Assembly (NCBI GenBank): GCA_002633005.1
Contig: NMRA01000239.1
Coordinates: 491,150 to 555,149 of the forward strand
Length of the DNA stretch: 64,000 nucleotides
Direction: 5' to 3'
From: Phoronis australis
Lineage: Eukaryota; Animalia; Phoronida
The position numbers and the translations under genes are program-made. Positions 1-11,200 of the stretch are shown here, in pieces. Positions within the stretch are counted from its first letter, which is position 1. Every line of letters starts with the position of its first letter. The notes beneath the pieces are model-generated. The model ran no database searches. It had not been told where the DNA came from and saw only the letters and a list, made by a program, of their open reading frames with translations.

Positions 1-1502
1 TAGGCTACGGTGTGTCCAAATACCAATAAATCCGTAAGAGCGAAATAAAACAACACGTTTTTATAAGAACTCGGTGTATTTTCAAGGGTTTTACATCGAA
101 GTTTGATGATTTATTGGTGTTAAACGATGACTTCAAGCGATAAGCTGACACCAGTGACCCGTGTTGTGAACTGCTGAACAGACTGCGTGTGAAACCGATG
201 ACGTCATTGGATAATTTCAACACTTCCGTCTGCCGTCAGGTGTCAGGTAACGCAACCGTACGTGTCGTTATGGAGTAGAACTACTCATCTATATTGATAC
301 AAATTAGGATGTTTTTTGGGTGGCATGCTCCTTTAAGGAAGATTTCAGGTAATTTGTTGATTCGAAACTGTATTCTTATTCAAGAATTCAAGTTGCCCTA
401 TCGACAATTGCGAGACCGGCAGCTACGCATCTGTCGGCGAGATTTCGGCCTGGGATTTCAGCACAATTTTTTGAAAAATGATCGTAATTTAACAACGAAT
501 TTTGATAGCAATGCAGCGCAATTTGGTAGAAAGTAAATAATAATATTTTGGACTTTGTCTTAGCACGTTAATGCATAGTGTGCGTTAAGTGAGTCGACAG
601 AACGGGTGATTGTGCAGAGGCATTATCCTCAAAATTGCTCAGATTGGCTTGGTTCTGGTCAAGCGAAGACAAGTTTTTCTTTCACTACTCTCCGCCATGG
701 AGTATTTGTTGCTGTTTTTTTCGAGGGAAATATTGTTGGGCAGTTTTCTTACCGCCCTCAAAATGAGCGCTGCATACTTTATGCCACGAAGTTGGAAAGA
801 ATTCACTAAATCGGCCTTTGCTACCAGCTCTTCCGATGTTTCTAACCCATTTTTGCACAGTTCCTGATCCTTGGGAAACAGGTAGTAACTAAATTCTTTA
901 TTTCGCTAACTGTTATTATAGCAGCCAGGCACACAACACGTATAACCTCCATGTGGTTGATTCGTCCCCACGCTTGCCGACGTACTTGTTTACTGAATAA
1001 TACCGCATTAACCACAATGCAATATTCTGACCCATTTCCAACATGGCGGCGTTGCAACTCCGCTATTCGCAAGTTTAAAATCACAACACACGGCTATCCT
1101 CTCCTGTATGTATTTCAGGGACGAGTTTATCACAGAACAGATCCAAACGTAATTACCGCAACCGACCTCGCTAAGTTGGCCTACCGAACTTTGTAGGCTA
1201 AAATTTCTAAAAATCCGTAATACCGAAATAAAAGAACTCGTTTGTTTAAAACACAATGTAATTGTAAGGGTTTTGCATCGAAGTTTGGTGATTTACAGGT
1301 GTAAAGCGATGAAGTCAAGCGATAATCTGACACCAGTAAACGTGTTGTGAACTGCCTAACAGACTACGACGTTATTGGTTAATTTCAGCACTTCCGTCTG
1401 CCGTCTGGTGTCAGGTAAGAGGCGCATTTGCTGTTATCGAGTGGATCTACTCGATCGTAATTGATACAAAATACTTTGTTTTTTCGGTGACATTCTCCTT
1501 TA
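1..1502 (+). repeat. Diverged direct repeat: ~1-336 and ~1195-1502
   Basis: Collinear blocks (catcgaagtttg, aagcgataa.ctgacaccagt, cacttccgtctgccgtc.ggtgtcaggtaa, ttgatacaaa) in both copies. Confidence 0.85.
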
Positions 1503-1814
1503 GCCCTACACTGAGTACAAAAATGTCGGGCAAACCCTTTCAAGCATTCATAAGTTCGTGATCTTAGAAACGAACGCAAACTAAAACGCAATGGCAGTCT
1601 GCATTTAAAATAACCACTCAGCAGAAGATGTTCGTATCTGGCATTCAAATAAAAATAACTTTTACTTGCACTGAGTATGTACATCTAACTACATGAAATT
1701 TACTCACTCTACGTGTACCTGATAGCCATATGGTTTGCACATGTACAAGCAAGGGAGCTATGTAATTTCATTTGTATACTCATGTATTTGAAAATATTGC
1801 CATGAACACTCTGA

Positions 1815-2261
1815 CTAAACAAATGAACACATATCATTTCCTCTTTTACTAGTCTTTGCAAGATCACCAGTCCAGGCATTGTTTTCCTGTTTCACCTTTT
1901 TCTGTTTACAGTCCAAGAACTTCGTCTTACTTGAGCTAGCTTGATGTAGAATAAACTTTTCACTTTGAGAGTATACGCTGATAGAGTTTGATTTATCTCT
2001 TGGCTTGAGGTTGTCAAAGATCGGACTGGAAAATCGAACAGCAATTCGGCCCAACCACTCTGATACGATATGGGGACGACAGCTAGGGTTCAACCAGAAG
2101 TAGATAATCGGATTGCAAATCACTGACGTCTTGGCGAACATTGACGGAAACACCGTTAACCTCACGGAAACAACCGAGGCGTCGCCAAATGCCCAGTAAA
2201 ATGCCAAGATCCCATATGGTGCCCAGGTAATTAAGAAACCAACGCAGACAGCGATTCCAAT
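1815..2261 (-). CDS. Opsin last exon (TM6-TM7-C tail)
   Basis: Acceptor ttttAG; 447 nt to TAG; IGIAVCVGFLITWAPYG...FAKTSVICNPIIY. Confidence 0.92.
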   Translation of the reverse strand: MGIAVCVGFLITWAPYGILAFYWAFGDASVVSVRLTVFPSMFAKTSVICNPIIYFWLNPSCRPHIVSEWLGRIAVRFSSPIFDNLKPRDKSNSISVYSQSEKFILHQASSSKTKFLDCKQKKVKQENNAWTGDLAKTSKRGNDMCSFV

Positions 2262-5200
2262 CTAAAAATAAAAAACTCAACTATTACGTCACAACAATTA
2301 CATTGGTCAAATTATGGCACACATTAGCTTAAGTCAATTTGAGCTAACCCTAGCCCAAATGCATCACAGTTTAGCTCCGGATAACAGTTCTTTTGACACT
2401 GCCTAATGATACTTTTGATTTTCGAAATTTAAAGGCGCCTAGAACGCGAAAAACAGACTAAATTGCAATATTCAAAGTGGATCTCTGCCAATGAAAGATA
2501 ATTTAACCTGCTCATCAGGTACTTTACGGTTTGTTCGTAAAGATTCTAAGTTTCATTTGATATCAACGCATTTTTCTTTTAGTTCCAAATTTCAAAAAAA
2601 GATCTGTCATCTGGTCGCCACTTCATCGACTTTTCTTCCACACGGCAAAAAAAAACGCCTCCTTATTTGATATGGCAAGTCATAGACGTGGTAAATTTTC
2701 CTCATATGGACAGTGTGACCTTTGACCATTGATGCAAAGAAAACTATGACCCTTTCAAGCATTAGCCAGCCCGATTAAGAGGGAATTGATGTAAGTCCTT
2801 CATCTAGCAGTTTGGAATAAGTAAGAAATGTATCGTATCAATTAAATATACATGTATTCTAAAATGCTCTTGGAATTAGTTTTGGAAGTTGCTTGCTTTA
2901 TTGGCTTGTCTCATACTCTTCTGTCGACCTCAAACGCGAAGTGCAATTACATAATTATTATAATCGGCGTTTCAATCCCGCTTATCAGTCAGCTGTTTGC
3001 CGAATGACTTTGAGCGCATACGCGCATTTATCGCTAGTGGTACGGAGATTAGAAACTCTGTGGTGACTACAGGGTTTTTCTTGGCGCTTGTTTCAAAAAT
3101 CGGTAATTGTGTGATTTTTCTGGAACTTCCCTAACAGGGTAAAGTGAATTATTCTGTCTGTCTAGACGTTGTGGGATGGTACTTTCGCCAGAAATTGATT
3201 AAAAGATATGTTTCACTAGCGTTCGTGTTTCATGGCTCTTTAAACACACCAAAGCTTTGTTTTTAGTCAGTACTTCATTCCTGGTCCAACCCGATAAAGG
3301 CCATCCCGCAACTGACTCTAGGCTGAACCAAACTTCAAATTACGTGCAGCTGCATGCTATGAACTTGGTTCAACTTAGATTTACACAAGCACTAGCTGAG
3401 TCTTGAACGGGTTCAATTGGAACTAAGTATCATCAGCGCCGAAGCCGTCATAAGTGGTCAGAACTCAGACGCAACGCTTTTCCAGCATCAATTCTTGCCC
3501 CGTGTAGCTCATGCGCGCACCCGGCCTTCAATATGGGGGGGCTCGAATTCCCGACGTTGTGGACAAAATGAGCCGTCGGACTAAAAAAAAAACAACTGGG
3601 GCAGCGCTGTGAATTGCGTCTTTCTGGTTTAGTGGGCTTCTGTCTCATTTTATCGGACTATTTGTTTCTCTGGGGCGGACCACTTCGCCAAATGAGGGGG
3701 GGGAGGGGGAAGGCTCGTTCGAGCTCCCCGATCCCCCTGGGTGCGCGCATGTAGCTGAACTTAGAATGTGATCTTGATGCAATTTGAGATGTCGGAAAGC
3801 TTTTAGAATGAGTCCGACTGGCAAAGTTTTCAAGGTAAAATTCAAAACTCAGGTAGAATCTGAAACTCTCTAACCATGTAAGAGTGTAATGACCTTGCAC
3901 ACTTCGCCTACTGTGTGAGGATGTAGGAAGTGACGTGAACATAGTGGCTGTTCTTTGAGTCTACTTGAGTCATGGACCTCTTGCGTTGGTAACAGACGCA
4001 GATATTGAATTTGAAACATGCTTGCCACTCACGGTTAAAGCTCAGAAACTTTGCCACCGTATGGGGGTCATTTTTTCATGAAAGATAATTAGCATCTTAC
4101 GAATGCTTTATATCACTGCTGTCACTTGGCAATCAATGCCAGCCAGTTTGAGAAATTGTACACGTTCAAAATAATGTTAAAAAGCCTTTGGAAATGAAAA
4201 AATGCTATTTTTGTGGGAAATTCGTACGACTTCACGATAATGCTAAGAAAATAAAATGAGTGAACAAGAAACCATTAGAACTCAACCTCGGCAAATATTC
4301 CAGTTTATTAATTCATTGACAGAAAAATAGTGTGTGCATCGAAAAACAGTCCTTTTTCAAAACTCCGATAACATACGCCGAACTTTGTAAACATGATAGT
4401 AAGCAACATATTTATAACGAGCAAAGAAATTATGGAGATGTTACAGGTCAATGAAAGACGTCACGAAAATATCTGTAACATCATTCAGCCAAGACGAAAT
4501 CAAATGCAATGCCAAAAGACCCAACGTTTTCATTTCGGAATACTACAAGAAATGCTTCTTCAAGACATGTATTCAGAGTTAAATTTTTAATTAATGCCAG
4601 ATTATTTGAAACCGTTGAACGAATTAACTAATTAATACTTTGTAAGGTTCATGGTATACATTGCCAACATCATGGTAATTCTGTTCAGCAGGCCGACGAC
4701 ATAAACGATGTACAAGTATAGTCGCTTATCACAAGTATCAAAAATTAGCTTATTGGCAAACTGTAGGTTAATTGAGAGGACTCACAGCTATGACAATTCC
4801 TTAATTATTTAGCACACAATATGGCCGGCAACTGAAATTCTGTTTTGTTAACTTTCTCCAAAAATAAAGCTTAAGATCATTTTAGTCTGTCATAACCATG
4901 GATTGTAGAATATAGATGTTATAAAGCAAGCTTTGATGAAATTTGCAAATATGCAATCAGGTTTTGAAAATAAGAAAAGTATTTTTTTGTGCGAAACTAG
5001 TAGAGAATTACCGTAAAGACAGCTTTTGTGCTAAAAGTCAAAGTTCTGTCAACCGAGGCTGAATTCCAGCCTAAGAAGAGATACCTGTAAGATGGGTTCT
5101 CTGAAATGTATACAACATGTTAGGACCAATATGGTATTACTCTTAGATAATTCGTGAGAAAAAACAATGACTGAATTAGTTTGGTTTGAATTGTTGTAAG

Positions 5201-8200
5201 AGTGCATGCCAGTAAAATTACTTGTGAGTGACGGGATCCGCAGTAATTTCGCAACACAAGATCCAATTACTAAAATGAGACGAAAATTTGTGCTTCATGA
5301 ACTCCTGTCACACTAATGATCGATTAAAAAGAGCATCTTACTGAAGATTGACGTAGCCTCGTTCCGGCAGCAGAGACAGCGCAGTCGGCTTCATGTAATA
5401 ATATACAACGACTTTTATGACTGAAATGACTTGTTCATTTGGCAAGCTATTGTATCCCCTACTCTATTATTTGATCACTGTTTCGCATTTTCAAGAAAAG
5501 TATGCAGAGTTTGCAAAAAGCATCGCTTGTTTGATATTTTGATGTAATTCCGAATACTCAACTATTTGCAGCCCAGCAACTTCTCATCCGCTTTACGTAT
5601 AATATAAACAGTGCACTGAGAAGAAAAAATACACCATCTGCAGAATATCGTTTCGGTCCCTACAACTTCTTTATAAACCTGTTCAATAACGTACCACCGT
5701 AAGCTAAAAAGTTTGAATTATTTCCGTTCTTTTGACGTGTGTGTGACGTATATCTAGCGTGTAAACAACGGATCTAACGGAGCGCAAACAACGCGTAATA
5801 GGTCGCTCAAGCTGGCTTAAGAACAGGCAAGTTTGTGGGAATTAGTGATACAAAAATGGCTATCTTTGGAAAAATACAGACTTTATCTGACCTTGTAGAC
5901 GTCTGAAAGCCAGTACAAAACTTTTGCTTTACTTAAATCAAGATTAGTTAAGATTCCATAAAGCTCCATGTTAACGCAGTCAGGTCCTAGCGGTCAACTG
6001 TGAAATTAAGACAATAAGCGAGTGGATTATATATATAAGGAGCTAATTCTATGTTCAAACTGTCTTAATTCGACAATTTAAGAGGTATTTTGATTGCAAT
6101 AAACGGGATATGCACTAAAAACGATTGCTAAGATGTCACCGACTACTCTCAGACTCAACGTTTGTCCAAATAGCCCAAGTATTAAAATATATCAGGTGTC
6201 CCAAAGAAGTGAACCGCTTTTTGACAAGGGATTTCTCAGCAACAGATTAAGCGAATTTTATCAAATTTCTTACAGATGTGCAAAATATCAAAGTGAGCAG
6301 TGTCCAGTTGTTCAAGTACTGTAAAATTAAAAGCAACAGGTCAAAAGATAAACTATCAGTCTATGCACAATGTGGCGTCCATCTTCATCAACTGGTCAAC
6401 TCAAGTTTTCAAATAAGGAAGTCAAGTCTGTTTGTATTCAATCACACTGAGCCGGCTGCGTGCTACTGCCAGCCAGAACAAGGCTAGCTATTTCTGTAAT
6501 CTCGTGACAGAGCAGAACGTGCAGAGATTGATAATGCCCGGGGCGATTTTCTTTATAAGATGACCATTCATGCTCAACTCAAAGGCGCGGACCGGAGTAT
6601 TAACGAAACTGTAAAATACGAAGCAAAAACTAGACATTTTTTACAATTTAACAACAAAGAAGTCACGGTTATCAGTTTCGCTTCCTTGAGGGTGTTTTTC
6701 ATGAAAAGGAATTCAGACGTTGTAAGGAATCGATATTACATCCCCACTTCCCAGTAATTGTTGCCAAATAAATTGCCTGGGAATAATTTGCACACATTTT
6801 CTCAATACCTAACAATATTGGGTACATTCTCAGAAACTAATTCGTCAAATTGAGTTTTTTAAAAGTAGTTTCCAGAAATAGTAATTCGGAACCTATGACC
6901 AAATTTTTGTCTCAAGCCCTCAGTCACTTCTCATGAAACGAGCCTCAGGGACTCTTTCGCAGCGACACTAGGCGTCACATACCTTCGTAGCCATGTTGTT
7001 TTTCTTTTTATTTTTCACGTTTGTTAGAATTTTTTCTCTTTCACGTGTTCGGCTGATGACTCTGCAGTAGCAAATCGCTGTAACTGAGACTGGTATCACA
7101 AAAACACCTGCGAACAAGCCAAGAACGTATGGCTTGCTGAGTTTGGTCCACTCCAGGCAGCACGCTGTGCCAAACGGTTCGTTGCCATAGGAATGAGTGA
7201 GGAAAAGGGCAGACGATGCCCAAGCACAGGAGTACACCACTATGGTACCGAGACAAACTACCACGTGGTGGATTCCAATGGTTTTGTCTGAAAAAACGAA
7301 AACTACTCAGTTCTTAAATGCAATAGGGAGATTTGCATAAAACCAACTCCTTAATAATGTACAAACTTGATTAGTACAAGACTTCTTAAAATTCACTACA
7401 TCTCGTCTCAGTGTCAAGTTTTCTCTCGAGACGAGTAACACGTCTTTTTTCGCAATAAACCGGGTATGATCAGTTACAGTTGGCTTCAGCATTTCAGTTT
7501 TGGCCTGCGATTTAGCCACTCTGTTGGATAGGACTAGAAGTTCTGTCTTGCCTATAACTTTGCTGGAGAAACTTAAGGTTTCCCTTTCGCTTCATTCTGG
7601 CTAAAAACTTCATAAAGCGGATTTTAACGGAAATTAGTTCAGTCAAAACTTCAGGCAACACGTACATGTACATGTACATGTAGCCCCTCGGTCGGCTGAC
7701 TACAATACTTCCCATTGCTTTCTGTACTAATTTCTTCCCGTGTATTTTAAACGGCGGTAGGCGAAATCCGCTCACCGACTAAGAGGTATTCCCTTCGTCA
7801 AAATACACTTAAAATTGTCACTTAAAAAGCCTTATTTTCTTCAGCGATCCTCTCTGGTTCTGTACATATCTTCGATGAAGCATGTCTACGGGAATTAATG
7901 TAACTTTGGTGAAGAATGTCAACTCCAGTTTTCGGGCGCCGTTGACTTTTTCACCGCGCTCAATATAAACAACAACTAAGACTTGAACTAAGTGTATTTC
8001 AACTGACGTCACGTGACTTAGGCAAGGACTGCGTGAACTGTGTGTGACACTTGCAAAAATAGCATGGGAAGATATTGAGGTGGAATTTGTAAGATTTGAG
8101 TTCCTTGTACTTTTTGTGGTCAACAAACTTGATTTCACGTAACTTCCTCAAAATGGCATCCGGTGAGGGAAGCTCGATCGAACAGCCACAGATTTTTCAT

Positions 8201-11200
8201 GGATATGTTAAAATTATGTTGACTAAATTGTCTCTAGAGTAGTGGTATGTGTTACATGTAACTGTAATTTTATGTGTTTATACATATATGAATGTTTCAT
8301 TCGATTTTATTCGCTGTATTGCAGTGGCGGATTTAAGGGGGCAAGGGGGCAATGGGGGGCAAGGGGGGCAAGGGGGGGCAAGTGGGCCATGCCCCTCTAA
8401 AATTCTCTCAGATACTATTTGGCAGTTCGGGGTGCGAATTGCTGACTAGCACATGCGCGCACCCAGGGGGGCTCGGGGGGCGAGTGCACAATGCATAGGC
8501 CTTGAACAAACCGCGTTTACCGTTTTTTAGTAATAAAGTCTATAAACCCAAAAATTGGAGACCCCTGCATCCCTACATTTTAGGCTGCCCTGGCCCCCCA
8601 ATTCAAAATCCTGGATCCGCCCCTGTATTATGAGATGAGTAACTTTTTATGGGGATGTACTATCGTCCCTGAATGCCGCAGGTGTAACTGCCTATCGAAA
8701 CTTAAGCCCAAATAATGCTCATTCAAAACAACTTCAAATACGTTCAAACTTAACTGAGTTGAATGCGATGTTTAGTTAAGTCTTTATTTCTGGTGGTACG
8801 CCACCACCTAAAATGGCTACCGTTATTAGCTAAGCCATGCTCATCCTGCGTTCTAAGTAGGTGAATGCAAAGGAAAGAGAATTTTTAAGACACAGATAAA
8901 CTTGGCGTATTAGAATGAGGCACACTACCGTGTCCCAGAAATGGGTTGTATAACTTCAATGTAGGTCAATGATCTCAGGAGAAAACTTGACTGATCTTCA
9001 GTAGTGCAAATGCGTCCTCGACATCCACTTTAGAGCTGAACACGATTTACTCAGGTAAATTGTAATAACCTAAGTGTAATTTCAATTTGACAAAATTATT
9101 GGATCTGTCTCCAGAGACAAAAAAACACATTTACTGAATGATGAAGGGCGGTTTACCACGTCAAGACGTTTCGACGCACGTGAGGCAATTCATATGGTCC
9201 ACAATGTCACTGCATATTAACCGAAAGAACGCGCCAACTCAGGTGAGAAACGAGGACAAAAATAAACCCTAGTGAGAACATTTCGGAAAAATTCATTAAA
9301 CACAAGCTACGGTTCAAAAAATGTTTCCCAAAGTCATCGCCGTGTTCGTTATACGACTCACCATCGATATGTTGTCACTTTTCATGCGCGCACCCAGCTT
9401 TCAATATGGGGGGGGNNNNNNNNNNNNNNNNNNNNNNNNNNNGGGGGGGGGGGGGGGGCGACTCGTTCGAGACCCCCAAGCCCTCCTGGGTGCGTGCATG
9501 CTTTTACGTCAATGCAGTATTAATTATTGTCGTAACTTGGTGAATTGATAAGCGAACGAGTTTATATTTCGTTATGGTTATTTGTATATCAACCGGTGCT
9601 TGAAATTGGGCTTTACGGTTCTGCCCGATTCCCGACAACTCCAGAAGATTTTTGAAATTCAATCAGTGTGTCACTCGATAGCAATTCCCACCATTAAAGA
9701 GGCCTGGGAATCGAAAACCGTATTTAGTAGTTCTCTGCCACTGAAACAGAATTCAATCTGTTCACCAGGTATTTTTACAATTTGTTCGTAAAAGATTTGG
9801 AATTTCTGTTGATGTCAAAGCATCTTTCTTTTAGTTTCAAATTTCAAAGAACGATCTGTCAACTCCTGGTCACTTCGTCGATTTTTCTCCCGCAAATCAA
9901 AGCAAGTCACTTTACTTGGTATGACAAGACATAGAGGTATCACATTTCCTTTATATGGAAATTGTGACCTTTGGCCTTTGTGGTAAAAAAGAATATTCAC
10001 TTCAAGCAACGCCAGCAACGGCCAGTCCGATTAAGAGGCAGTTGATGTAAGTCCTAACTGTTAAAATTAGTTATAAATATACATGTATCGTAGCAATCAA
10101 ATATATAATGAAGATCGCTTGCCCTGTACTGTGCTGTCGACCTCATATTCCGAGTGCGATCACATATGATAATCTTCTGTCAATACCATCTTGTCAGTCA
10201 TCTCTTTGTCCAATGACAGTGAGCGCATTCACGCATTGATCTAAGTGGAAGGGAGATTAGAAACTCTATGGTGACTGCAGAGTTTTCCTTCGCGCGTAAT
10301 TATTTTTGATTTGATATGTAGGACTACACTTTCTCACAGGGTAAAGTAAGTAACTCTGAAGTAGACGTTGCCAGATGGTACTTTCTTCAAGAATTGTTTA
10401 ACAGACATTTTTGACGAGCGTTCACGTTCCATGCCTCTTTAATGTCGGAAAACACAGCTTACAATGAGTGTTTGTATTTACAGAATTCTAGATATGAGAG
10501 GCACCAAGAAATATTGATGATTTTAATCGATTTTGGCAGATGACGCGATTACAAATAAGTGCCACAACCACTTTATACACACAACTTCAAAATAAGCTTG
10601 ACGTAAACCGATGTCGAAACCGACTCGGTGTCTGCTAAACGATTTGAAGCTTTGCTTCTCATGTTTACTGATAACATTTTATGTTACAAATGTTTGCCAA
10701 TGAAATGGCACCTTTCATGTTTCTTCACGCTTCTTTCGAAATTAGACCTTGTTATTCGTTCCGGCACAGAGTATCCGACCAATCGTGTTCATGGTGTTTG
10801 GATTTCGCACCAATCACGAGGTGCTCTAAGAAATTGTAAGCTCATCATTTAATAACGCTGGCGCTGAGCTGCATTTTTGGACAGAGTAGAGTGAAAACTA
10901 AATCCTTATTTGAGCGAACTAAATTTGTTACCGGTTCTAAACACTAATACTGCTCCAGTCTGTACACAGGTATCTCATTGGCTCTTCATAGTGAATACGG
11001 GCATAGCAGTAGGGCATCAGCTGATATCTTATTAAAATGTCAAACAATTGTTTTATGGCCAGCTGACAGGTCTTCTAACATATTCAGTCTCCAGGTGGCA
11101 ATTAGGACCTGGGGTTCACTGTCTGATGATCTCTGTACTCGAACTGGGCTCGAAAGTTGATGAATCACTTTCTACTGGCGCACGGTATAACGCCACCTCT

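Noticed and set aside
6188-6260. Tc1/mariner-like terminus (tatcaggtgtcccaaag), similar at ~8925 and ~20370
   Set aside because: No partner TIR or transposase found
9130-9210. Reverse-strand GTCGAAACGTC resembling a Penelope hammerhead 3' half
   Set aside because: No CUGANGA core at the right distance
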